Virus record (IMG/VR): IMGVR_UViG_3300036779_000169
Location: 1 to 33,494 of that record
Direction: 5' to 3' (one strand)
DNA: 33,494 nucleotides
From: a virus
Taxonomy: Duplodnaviria > Caudoviricetes
The notes under the pieces are model-generated. The model was not told where the DNA came from. It saw only the letters and a program-made list of their open reading frames with translations, and did not search any database. This document shows, one piece after another, positions 25,008-33,364 of this stretch (positions are counted from its first letter, which is position 1; the number at the start of each line of letters is the position of its first letter). The translations under genes and the position numbers were made by a program.

Positions 25008-26180
25008 ATGAAATCAGGTAAAAGCATAGTCCAACTCGCAACCGAAGTTCAGCGCCGCGCAGGTGCTAAACACGATTACGTGGCCCGCACCGAAGCCATC
25101 AAAGTCGAGACGACTTTGGAAGAACAGGCCGCAGACGATTTTGACCGCCTTGTTAAAGGGGAGCCCGCGCCCAAGCGCGATTTCCACCGGCTCCTCCAGC
25201 TCAACGTTGGCGGCAACCGCTTCAACGTTAACGAGATCACCCACGATCAGATCGGCGGTTATCTGCAAATCCCGGCGGCTTATTACGACCGCATGCGTCA
25301 GGAGCAGCCGGAGCTGTTGGCGACCAATATCAATACGTGGCTAGCCTCTCAGGTCGGCCAGAAGCGGATGGTCCGCACGCTGGATGGCAATGCCCGCGCG
25401 TTCCTCTCGGACAAATATCGTCCGATTGAGAACGAGGATCTGTGCGAGGCCATCCTGCCTATCCTCCTAGATGGTGGCCGCTTCGACATCGTCTCCTGCG
25501 AAGTGACTGACCGAAAGCTGTACATCAAGGTGGTCGACCGCACTGTCTCCCGCAAGTTGGCCGAAACCGGCAACCACATGGGCGATGGCCAGCACAAAAT
25601 CGTCCGCATCGCGGCTCCGGCGATCACGGTCTCTAACTCCGAAGTCGGCCAGGGTGCCCTCTCGGTTCAAGTCGGCCTGTACGACTCCTTCTGCTCCAAC
25701 CTCGCGTTCTTCGGTGCCAGGAGCATGCGGAAATATCATGTCGGCGCGCGCCACGATATCGTTGGCGATGACCTAGTGGCCCTTCTGTCGGCGCAGACCC
25801 AGAACCTGACCAATGCGGCTCTGATGAGCCAAGTCCAAGATGTGGTCAAGAATGCCTTTGACCCGGCCCGGTTCAACGAGTTGTGCGACCAAGTCGACGG
25901 GACGACTCAGGACAAGATCGAGACGGCGACCGATGTGGTCAAGCTAGTGAACCTCACCGGCAAGCAGGTGGGCCTGACCGAAGGCGAGAACAAGGGTGTC
26001 TTAAATGCCTTGATCGCCGGAGGCGACCTGACCCGCTTTGGCCTCTACAATGCCGTTACACGGTACGCAGCAGACGTTGAGTCCTATGACCGCGCTAGTG
26101 AGCTAGAACGCGCCGGAGCGGCTGTTGTAGAGCTTCCGCAAGGGGATTGGAAACGCCTGCTAGCCCAGGCCGCTGCCTAA
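25008..26180 (+). CDS. DUF932/DUF945-family phage protein
   Basis: MVRTLDGNARAFLSDKYRPIEN, ITVSNSEVGQGALSV..CSN, RKYHVG, TRFGLYNAVTR. Confidence 0.8.
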   Translation: MKSGKSIVQLATEVQRRAGAKHDYVARTEAIKVETTLEEQAADDFDRLVKGEPAPKRDFHRLLQLNVGGNRFNVNEITHDQIGGYLQIPAAYYDRMRQEQPELLATNINTWLASQVGQKRMVRTLDGNARAFLSDKYRPIENEDLCEAILPILLDGGRFDIVSCEVTDRKLYIKVVDRTVSRKLAETGNHMGDGQHKIVRIAAPAITVSNSEVGQGALSVQVGLYDSFCSNLAFFGARSMRKYHVGARHDIVGDDLVALLSAQTQNLTNAALMSQVQDVVKNAFDPARFNELCDQVDGTTQDKIETATDVVKLVNLTGKQVGLTEGENKGVLNALIAGGDLTRFGLYNAVTRYAADVESYDRASELERAGAAVVELPQGDWKRLLAQAAA

Positions 26181-26202
26181 AGACTGTTGCTTGCATCAAC
26201 AG

Positions 26203-26240
26203 CCGGGTCCCTGCGCCAAGTGGAATGGCGGGGGACCCGG
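26203..26240 (+). other. Strong intergenic hairpin
   Basis: CCGGGTCCC-TG-CGCCA-AGTGGAA-TGGCG-G-GGGACCCGG, no U-tract. Confidence 0.55.
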
Positions 26241-26267
26241 TAAGCATGCAAACCAAGGAACACCCAG

Positions 26268-26651
26268 ATGAATAAAATGCTCCAAGTCCAGAACCTTCAG
26301 ACAGGACGCTGGGAGAATCTATACGTCACAGGACTGCCGGATCCGCAGCCTGCTGAGATCAAGGTGCAAGCCATGCCCCGTTCTCACAATAGCCATCCGC
26401 TTCTGATCGCGGGGATTATCATTGGGGTCTTCTTTGGCTTAATTGCCTGCCTGCCACCTAAGATCCGGGGCTGGGTCGTCCTGGCTCTAATCGGAGGCTG
26501 CGTATGGCTCTGGTGGAGAGGGAACCATGACGCGGCAAGCGCTCAAGCTTATGCCGGAACCAAACAGCCGGTCCCGGCACCCTATGTAGCTCCTCCGGCC
26601 CGAGCCGATTACGCGCCGCGCGCGGAGCTGGTCAAGCTGCCCAGCAAATAG
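26268..26651 (+). CDS. Membrane protein (2 TM)
   Basis: LLIAGIIIGVFFGLIACL and WVVLALIGGCVWLWW. Confidence 0.7.
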   Translation: MNKMLQVQNLQTGRWENLYVTGLPDPQPAEIKVQAMPRSHNSHPLLIAGIIIGVFFGLIACLPPKIRGWVVLALIGGCVWLWWRGNHDAASAQAYAGTKQPVPAPYVAPPARADYAPRAELVKLPSK

Positions 26652-26720
26652 CTTTGCGTCTAGATAAGCGTGGAGTGCTGACGCAAACCCGAGATCTTTA
26701 CTCTTGGGACAACCCACGCA

Positions 26721-26769
26721 GCGGGGCGACAGGTAAATTAACTAGCCTGGGCGCTCCGCACTTTTCTTT
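26721..26769 (+). terminator. Intrinsic terminator
   Basis: GCGGGGCG..CGCTCCGC followed by ACTTTTCTTT. Confidence 0.55.
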
Positions 26770-26824
26770 GAAATATCACTTGCTTTATACGTTGGTAGAG
26801 ACGAGTATCTAAGCCATGCAAGCA
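26770..26824 (+). promoter_or_regulatory. Repeated promoter D with leaderless start
   Basis: GAAATATCAC-TTGCTT-17-GAGTAT-CTAAGCC-ATGCAAGCA. Confidence 0.7.
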
Positions 26825-27493
26825 GCCCAACAAACCCTCCGAGAAGAACTGACCCGCGTCATTGCTGAACTGGCCGCGCGCGGTCGCACCGACAATTTCT
26901 ATTCGTCCCTGGCGGTGAGCTTTGAGCGTTACGGCTCACTCACCGAGCGCCAGGAAGCAGCCCTGCGCCGTTCGCTGGCCCAGTACGCCGAGCGCCAAGC
27001 CCAGCGCGAAGTGGTCCCGACCTCTCCGATCCCCACTGGCCGGGTCCAGATCACCGGCACCATCGCTAGCGTCAAATTTCAGGAAAACCGCTTCGGCGGC
27101 TCCCTGAAATGCCTGCTCGTCTCGGACGCTGGCTGGAAGGTCTGGGGCACGGTCCCGGCCTCCATTGCGCATCTGGACACGCTCAAGGGCCTGCGCGTCA
27201 CTCTGACGGCGACGGTCGAGCCCAAGGAAGCGGCTTTCGGATTCTTCAGTCGCCCCACTGGGGCGAGCGTGGTTGAGGCAGCGCCAGCACCGGCCCCAGT
27301 TGTATCGGCCAAGCTGGCCGAGGTGGCCCACAAGGAGATGGCAGGCGAGGAAAGGATAGCCAATCGGCTCTCCGACATCATCGCCAAGGCCAAGGAACTG
27401 GAAGCACGCAAGCAGGCCAATGAAGCACGCCAGGAACGCGTCAGCGGTTTCCTAACCGCCCGCGACTGGGACACTGACAGCATGGCAGCATAA
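26816..27493 (+). CDS. Phage protein with OB-fold-like central domain (MQA start)
   Basis: YGSLTERQ; GRVQITGTIASVK..KVWGTVP..RVTLTATV. Confidence 0.7.
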   Translation: MQAAQQTLREELTRVIAELAARGRTDNFYSSLAVSFERYGSLTERQEAALRRSLAQYAERQAQREVVPTSPIPTGRVQITGTIASVKFQENRFGGSLKCLLVSDAGWKVWGTVPASIAHLDTLKGLRVTLTATVEPKEAAFGFFSRPTGASVVEAAPAPAPVVSAKLAEVAHKEMAGEERIANRLSDIIAKAKELEARKQANEARQERVSGFLTARDWDTDSMAA

Positions 27494-27544
27494 CTAACCA
27501 GGGGCGGCGCTAGGAGCCGCCCCACAACCTGAAAGCAAGCACCT

Positions 27545-27853
27545 ATGAAAACACCAAAAATCCAATGGCTCGAGTGGGAGGAACTTCAGGACGAGCCCCA
27601 CGTTGCCCATAGCCTAGAAGGCCGTTTCTATATCCACGGGTTTAGAGACCTGGGTTACACGCTGGAGATCCGCGAGATCCGCTATGGACTAAAAGACCAG
27701 CCCAACACGGTTCGCGTGATCACGCTCAACTTCGCCTCCATGCGGAAAGCTAAAAAATTTGCTCAACGCCGCATCGAGCACATTTCCAAAGGGGAATTCA
27801 ACCAAGCAGACTTGGCAGTAGCAGACCTGCAGGAGGGCGCTCTAGCCTCTTAA
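27545..27853 (+). CDS. Hypothetical protein
   Basis: 102-aa ORF after the hairpin at 27501-27523. Confidence 0.65.
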   Translation: MKTPKIQWLEWEELQDEPHVAHSLEGRFYIHGFRDLGYTLEIREIRYGLKDQPNTVRVITLNFASMRKAKKFAQRRIEHISKGEFNQADLAVADLQEGALAS

Positions 27854-27866
27854 CTCCAACGACTTT

Positions 27867-28127
27867 ATGGAAGACCCAACAGAAAACATCAGACGTGCTC
27901 GCCTTGTCGAGCTGAACCAAGGCCTGGACACAGAAGAAGCGCAGCGCCGCGCGGAACTCGAGGCCCAGTACGGCCAAGTGTGGAGCACTGCGGAAATGCG
28001 CGAGGAATTCGAACTCCTGGGCTTTATGGCTCCCTACGTAGTGGCCAAACGCAAATCGGACGGCCAAAAGGGCTCACTCGAGTTTGTGCATATGCCGCGC
28101 TTTTACTTCAACTGGCAGGCTGACTAA
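27867..28127 (+). CDS. Phage hypothetical protein
   Basis: GQVWST..FELLGFMAPYVVAKRKSDGQKGSLEF.H.PRFYF. Confidence 0.75.
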   Translation: MEDPTENIRRARLVELNQGLDTEEAQRRAELEAQYGQVWSTAEMREEFELLGFMAPYVVAKRKSDGQKGSLEFVHMPRFYFNWQAD

Positions 28128-28246
28128 TGAAGCTGCACAACTTTGGCTCCAAAAAGACTTGGCATACTCAGAAGCGTGAGCGTTTCGAAAAGCCGGTGAA
28201 ACCAAAGCGGGGCCCGCAGCATCAACCAAAAAAGAAGAAGAAATAG
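28127..28246 (+). CDS. 39-aa basic micropeptide
   Basis: TAATG coupling; ..EKPVKPKRGPQHQPKKKKK. Confidence 0.55.
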   Translation: MKLHNFGSKKTWHTQKRERFEKPVKPKRGPQHQPKKKKK

Positions 28247-28261
28247 GCGAGAAAGTGCTTT

Positions 28262-28435
28262 ATGCAAGTGAACCTATCAGAGGAAATGATCCACGTCCTT
28301 TTGGACATCGTCCGGCAAGCGCCGCGAGGCCAACTCATCAGAATTGAGCATGGCGACAAGAGAGTTTATCCCGTCAACGGAGTCGATGCCTTAATCATGC
28401 TCGAAGGCATGTATGAGGAGGTGCGCCAAAAATGA
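28262..28435 (+). CDS. 57-aa hypothetical protein
   Basis: MQVNLSEEMIHVLLDIV..; followed by a coupled 30-aa ORF at 28432-28524. Confidence 0.55.
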   Translation: MQVNLSEEMIHVLLDIVRQAPRGQLIRIEHGDKRVYPVNGVDALIMLEGMYEEVRQK

Positions 28436-28784
28436 AACTCTCCCTTACCGAGATTCTCGATGCCCTGGAAATGATGGGAGTGGTCGTCAAAGAACCCACT
28501 CCCGATGAAGATTCCGATGAATGAAAGCGGCGGGCCTCACCCGAGGCCCGCCAGTGATATCCGACAATCGGATCTGTCTGCGCCCCTGCCCACTCGGGCA
28601 GGGGCATGCTTGCTGACAGAACCCAGATAAGAGCTAAAAGTAATCCCGTTATGAGAAAACGTAAACTCGGAATTCCCTACTTGAGCAGTGGCCTGCCAGC
28701 CACCGGGATTAGTTATTTGCTCCCAGGCGGCAGATCAGGCACTATAACTGATCCCTGGGCCCTGTCGGAATTCTACTCACGCAT

Positions 28785-29174
28785 ATGTCAATCAATGGTA
28801 AAAGCAAAAAAGCGAGCGGTCGCGGAGGTTACAGGCGTAACTCTGGCCGACCCAAAAAGGTGAACCCTGAGGACTACGTTCAGGTCACCTGTGTCCTGCG
28901 CAAAGACACAGTGGAAAAACTGCGGGCCGGTGCCGGTGGAAAACAGAAGTTTTTCGGGTCATTTCTCCAGTTCCATCTGGACCGTTACCCGATTCCCAGC
29001 CATGAAGAGTACCTCGCCATGCGCGAAGGCAAACAGCTCATGCGCCTGGGACCCAAGCGCCAGAAAATCCCGGTCATCTTCGGCGGCAACTTGCGGCAGG
29101 CACGCCGTCCGCGAATCGTCAAGGAACGCGCCCCAGACGAAGCGGTTAAGAAGTTCCTAGAACAACTGGGATGA
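28785..29174 (+). CDS. Putative DNA-binding protein (AT-hook-like plus RHH-like)
   Basis: RGGYRRNSGRPKK then YVQVTCVLRKDTVEKLR. Confidence 0.6.
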   Translation: MSINGKSKKASGRGGYRRNSGRPKKVNPEDYVQVTCVLRKDTVEKLRAGAGGKQKFFGSFLQFHLDRYPIPSHEEYLAMREGKQLMRLGPKRQKIPVIFGGNLRQARRPRIVKERAPDEAVKKFLEQLG

Positions 29175-29533
29175 CCGGCCTAGAAAAACTGATTAAAGCC
29201 AACCGGTGGCGCATCCGCACTGGCCAGTACGGCTCAGACGAAACCGCCGGTTGGAACGGTTGCTTCCTAGTGCCCCTGGAAGGGGAGATGTGGCACGTCA
29301 TGCTGGGCGACGGCATGGGCTGGCAGCACCTTTCCATCAGTAACGCCCAAAGGCGCATACTGCCCAGCTGGAACGTGATGTGCCGGGTTAAAGAGGCCTT
29401 CTTCAGTGACGAGGATTGGTGCGTACAGTTTCACCCAGCCAAAGACGATTACATCAATGACCATCCCTACACCTTGCATCTGTGGAGGCCTCTTAATGAG
29501 CCTCTGCCGGTGCCGCATGCCTGTCTGGTATGA
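29171..29533 (+). CDS. Conserved phage protein (DUF7694-like)
   Basis: GWQHLSIS..PSWNVMCRVKEAFF..VQFHP..YINDHPYTLHLW; family name recalled. Confidence 0.7.
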   Translation: MTGLEKLIKANRWRIRTGQYGSDETAGWNGCFLVPLEGEMWHVMLGDGMGWQHLSISNAQRRILPSWNVMCRVKEAFFSDEDWCVQFHPAKDDYINDHPYTLHLWRPLNEPLPVPHACLV

Positions 29534-29829
29534 AGCGCTCGCCCCTGCGGCGAAAGACGCCCCTGCGGGCTTCCAGGGGCCTTAGCAGGGCTTCTAAAGT
29601 GCGGCGCACCCAGCTGCGCAAGTACTCCGAAGAGCGGCTCTCCTTCCTGCGGGCGCACCTCTTTTGCCAGATCTGCAAAAAGCACGTTGCGACCGAGGCC
29701 CACCACAAACGGGGCCGGATCGGCAAACGGCTCCTAGACTTCGAGCATTGTCTGGCGGTCTGCTTCTGGTGCCACCAGAAAATTCACTCTAATCCCAGGT
29801 GGGCCCGCGCCGCCGGGTACTTAGAGTAA
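29530..29829 (+). CDS. HNH-type nuclease
   Basis: CQIC..ATEAHH..LAVCFWCHQKIH. Confidence 0.8.
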   Translation: MKRSPLRRKTPLRASRGLSRASKVRRTQLRKYSEERLSFLRAHLFCQICKKHVATEAHHKRGRIGKRLLDFEHCLAVCFWCHQKIHSNPRWARAAGYLE

Positions 29830-29869
29830 AAGCATGCTTAAGCATGCTTGTGGATAAAAGCATGCTTTT
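29830..29869. promoter_or_regulatory. Three AAGCATGCTT palindromes around a perfect DnaA-box sequence
   Basis: Copies at 29830, 29840, 29858; TGTGGATAA at 29849-29857. Confidence 0.6.
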
Positions 29870-29943
29870 TAAGCGTTGCGCATTGCAAGGAGCTGATTAT
29901 AACGTGTCAATAAGCCCACTAGTCACCGAAGCCCAAGCACGTT

Positions 29944-30297
29944 ATGATACAGAGCACTGTGGACGCCCATGTCCATTACCGTCATTCTCAAAGTGAAGTA
30001 GAGGGGCTGGCTAAAGCCATCGTGCCCCTCCACGATAATATTGTCGCGGTCTCTTCTGGCAACGAACGCGGAAACATGCGCAAGATCCTGAATTGTGGTT
30101 ATTTCCGCCGCCGAGACGCGGTCGGCATGCGCGCCATGCTGATCCGGGCCGTCAAACACTCGCGCGCCAATCTGCAGGATTACTTTCCCATGATGAGGGA
30201 AACCATTCTTGAGCAGGCCCAGGAGCTGGATGACGCTATTACGGCTTACTGGACCCAGTTTGCCCAGGACGCGACCCAAACCACTCCCACGCACTAA
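29944..30297 (+). CDS. Hypothetical protein
   Basis: 117-aa ORF, TAATG-coupled to the next gene. Confidence 0.65.
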   Translation: MIQSTVDAHVHYRHSQSEVEGLAKAIVPLHDNIVAVSSGNERGNMRKILNCGYFRRRDAVGMRAMLIRAVKHSRANLQDYFPMMRETILEQAQELDDAITAYWTQFAQDATQTTPTH

Positions 30298-31055
30298 TGG
30301 AACTCGCACCCTACTATGGAGAGAAACCTCTCACCGTCAGTGATATCTCTGTCAAGATCCGCTCAAGCGACCGCAAACGGGTCCTCGAGCTGACCGAACG
30401 TACACTCAAGGGTATCACCGAGGTCAAAGATGAGGATACTTTTACTGCCGCGCGCCGCGCCGCCGGAGAACTCAAGGCCATTCATGGCGAGATCTATGAT
30501 TCCAAGCGGGCGGCGAAAAGGCCCTTCGAGATGGTGCTGGCCTCAATCGAGGACCTCGCCAAGGAGCTGATCGGCAAAGTAGAAGCCGAAGAGGTCCGCA
30601 TAGCAGGGCTCCTCAAAGGCTACGTTAAACAGCTCGAGCAAAAGAAGAAAGACCAAGAGCGCCTGGAGCGGGCCGCGAAAGCTGCCGAGGAAGCGGCTCA
30701 CCGGCAAAAGGTGCGACAAATGCAGTCTAATCACGAAACGCCCGAAGCAATCGACGCTATCGAAATCGCTCGCGCCCTGGATCTAGAGATCGCGGCCATG
30801 AATCAGGAGCCGGAGAAGGGGCTCGTCCCCGGTGGCCGGGTGAGTCATCCCTGGAAGTTTAAGTTGGTGAACGCCGAGGCGACAGTGAACGCCGGATGTA
30901 TTCGGTTATTGAAAATTGAATTGGACATCCTCAGTTGTCAGGATGCTGTTAGGGCTCAGCTGGAGATCGCGCCGGACCACGCTCCGACGCTTCCCGGCAT
31001 TGAAGTAACCCAGGACATCACTGTAACCATTAAAGCAGCCTCCCGAATTACATGA
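30297..31055 (+). CDS. Coiled-coil protein preceding the recombinase
   Basis: AGELKAI..RAAKRPF..IEDLAK..LLKGY pattern; context. Confidence 0.7.
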   Translation: MELAPYYGEKPLTVSDISVKIRSSDRKRVLELTERTLKGITEVKDEDTFTAARRAAGELKAIHGEIYDSKRAAKRPFEMVLASIEDLAKELIGKVEAEEVRIAGLLKGYVKQLEQKKKDQERLERAAKAAEEAAHRQKVRQMQSNHETPEAIDAIEIARALDLEIAAMNQEPEKGLVPGGRVSHPWKFKLVNAEATVNAGCIRLLKIELDILSCQDAVRAQLEIAPDHAPTLPGIEVTQDITVTIKAASRIT

Positions 31056-32167
31056 GCAGCCAAACCGAACAACAAGAAGATTCCAAAGCGCCGGTCAAAT
31101 TTAATCCCACCAGCGGTTTCGAGTTTACCGATATCGACGGCATGTTCCGCGCCGCCCAGTGCTATTTGCAATCAGGCTTTGCGCCTAAGGCTTTTACGAC
31201 CCCCCAGCAACTTGTGATCTGCTGGGCCCGAGGTGCCGAGCTGGGCCTGCGCCCGCTCCAGGCGATTGACGGCCTGACCGTGATAAACAACCGGATCGGC
31301 ATTATGGGTGATCTGGCCCTGGCCATGGTCCGGCAGACTGGGCAGTTAGCCGAGTACAAGAAAGTCTGGGAGGGCCAGGGCGATGACTTGACCTGTACAG
31401 TCACCCTTCAGCGCGAGGGCTCTGAGTCCCATGATTACACTTTCAGCGTGCGAGAGGCGAAGAAAGCCGGGATCTATTCCCGCAACCCGGTCTGGCCCCA
31501 GTACGAGAAGCGGATGACCTATTACCGGGCCTTAGGCTTTGGCCTGCGCGATGAGTTTAGCGACGTCCTTAAAGGCCTCTACACGAGCGAGGAACTGGAA
31601 GACTTGGCCGCGTCCCAGGGCGCACCGGCTCAGCAGCCAATGGCCCCGCTCAAGTTTGTCGATGCGGACGCCGAGAAACAGAGCCTCGAGGAGGCCAAAG
31701 AACAGGCGCAACAAAGAGCCCAGACGCCGCTCGAGACCCAACTAAGTAGAGATTTTCCCCAGGAAGCCGCAGCAAAAAAAGCCCAGGAGGCTGGGGCTGG
31801 CTCAATATCGACGGTCGCTGCCGCCCCTTCACACTCTAACGACCAGTCCCCTTTGCCGGACGACATCATCGATATGAGCCCCCCGACCGACCAGGGGCCT
31901 GCGCCGGAAAAGCCCTGGTGGGTCGACCACGAGATCAAGGGAATAAGAAGCTTCACCGAGCGCAAGATGCCGGACGGGACGATCACTAAAATTGTTCGCA
32001 CCGTAGGCTCACTTACTCCGGCTGAAATGCAGCTAATTGAGACCCGCTGGGTGCCAGAAGCGCATAAGCAGATTGCCAGAGCTACCCAGGAGCAGTTGGA
32101 CGACCTCAAAGCGATTGAGGAGCGAATCAGCTATGATAAGACTGCAAAACCTTGGCAAGGTGTGTAA
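31052..32167 (+). CDS. recT: RecT/Bet-like single-strand annealing protein
   Basis: SGFAPKAF..GAELGLRPLQAIDGL.VIN, WPQYEKRM..RAL..LRDEFSDVLKGLYTSEEL. Confidence 0.8.
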   Translation: MSSQTEQQEDSKAPVKFNPTSGFEFTDIDGMFRAAQCYLQSGFAPKAFTTPQQLVICWARGAELGLRPLQAIDGLTVINNRIGIMGDLALAMVRQTGQLAEYKKVWEGQGDDLTCTVTLQREGSESHDYTFSVREAKKAGIYSRNPVWPQYEKRMTYYRALGFGLRDEFSDVLKGLYTSEELEDLAASQGAPAQQPMAPLKFVDADAEKQSLEEAKEQAQQRAQTPLETQLSRDFPQEAAAKKAQEAGAGSISTVAAAPSHSNDQSPLPDDIIDMSPPTDQGPAPEKPWWVDHEIKGIRSFTERKMPDGTITKIVRTVGSLTPAEMQLIETRWVPEAHKQIARATQEQLDDLKAIEERISYDKTAKPWQGV

Positions 32168-32182
32168 ACTCATCCTTTCAGG

Positions 32183-33058
32183 ATGAGTAATACTATTCTT
32201 GTAGAGAAAGATGCCGGTTCCAAAACCCGGCATGATGCGCTAGCCGAATGCGAACTCAAGATAGCGAGGGCTAGTAAAGATACCGTTGAAAGCATCAGGG
32301 TTATTGGCCGAGAGCTGCTCAAAATCAAAGAGGAGCAGCTCTTCGAGGTCATGGGCAAAAATGACTTTCAAGAGTACGTCGAACACTGTCTGCGCTTTGA
32401 CTATCAGCTGGCGTGCACTTGGATGCGCGCCAGTCCTGTTTTAGAGGCACTCAAGGAGCAAAAACTCCAGCTGCCCTATACCCAGAGTCAGGTGCTCGAG
32501 CTGATCAAGATTAAAGACACTACCGAGATGATTGGGCTCTGGCAGCGGATCTTAGACTACTGTGATAAAGAGCAGGCAATCGCCACCTACGACATGGTCC
32601 GAAAAGCCGTTGAGGCTAAACGAACCAAGACCGGCGAACGGGTCACCAGGGCCAGAACCAAGACCGTAAAAGCCGCTCCTGGGATCGAGGTCGACCTGGG
32701 CGGCGATAACGGCCAAGTCGTTCGCGATACCGTTTGGAGCGAGGAGGGCGAGAAGGCTTTAAACCGGATCCGGCGGCTCTGCGGAGACGAATACGCCGAT
32801 GCCATTGACGCCGGGAACCCAAGGATTAGCGAGAAAGAGCTAATCGCCTGGAGCAAGGAAGAGACCGAGATGGTTAAAAACCTCGCGTACTGGATTGTGA
32901 TGAAACGCTGGACTCTCAAGAAAGCTCTCCAGTACGAAGAAACTGCTTTTGACATGTCAACCACGGTCGGGGAATTGGGAGACGTCGCCCGCAGCCGGGG
33001 CGGCAAAGCCTACGCTGAGATCGAGGATCTCAAAATAACGGTCGAAATCGCTGTGTAA
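32183..33058 (+). CDS. Phage protein with DUF3102-like N-terminus
   Basis: IRVIGRELLKIKEEQLF..DFQEYVE..LACTWM. Confidence 0.65.
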   Translation: MSNTILVEKDAGSKTRHDALAECELKIARASKDTVESIRVIGRELLKIKEEQLFEVMGKNDFQEYVEHCLRFDYQLACTWMRASPVLEALKEQKLQLPYTQSQVLELIKIKDTTEMIGLWQRILDYCDKEQAIATYDMVRKAVEAKRTKTGERVTRARTKTVKAAPGIEVDLGGDNGQVVRDTVWSEEGEKALNRIRRLCGDEYADAIDAGNPRISEKELIAWSKEETEMVKNLAYWIVMKRWTLKKALQYEETAFDMSTTVGELGDVARSRGGKAYAEIEDLKITVEIAV

Positions 33059-33066
33059 GTGGTTGG

Positions 33067-33100
33067 AAATCAACAAAATTCTTTAGGAATTCTTAATTCT
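33067..33100. repeat. Dispersed 34-bp motif, copy 3 (inverted)
   Basis: Reverse complement AGAATTAAGAATTCCTAAAGAATTTTGTTGATTT. Confidence 0.85.
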
Positions 33101-33364
33101 GTGTCCCAGAATGGCGAAGACAAGAGGCTGAGAAACAATGCGCGGCAACGTCTACATTACTGGATAAAAAAGGGCCACATTTCTCCTGGCCCCTGCCAAG
33201 TATGCGGCGATTCAAAAACCGAGGCTCACCATGATGATTACAGCAGGCCGCTCGAGGTTATCTGGCTCTGCAAAACTCATCATGCGTGGGTCCACTGTGA
33301 AGAAGTTCCGCTCAAAGGAACGTGGCTTTACGAGATGACACATCATGAAAAAGCAGAAGCTTGA
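33101..33364 (+). CDS. HNH-like Zn-finger protein
   Basis: PCQVCG..EAHHDDYSRPLEVIWLCKTHH; start uncertain (GTG 33101). Confidence 0.7.
   Translation: MSQNGEDKRLRNNARQRLHYWIKKGHISPGPCQVCGDSKTEAHHDDYSRPLEVIWLCKTHHAWVHCEEVPLKGTWLYEMTHHEKAEA

Noticed and set aside
26680-26712. c-di-GMP-I riboswitch (GCAAACC..GGGAC)
   Set aside because: Lacks the GNRA loop, receptor and P3; lies 3' of a gene.
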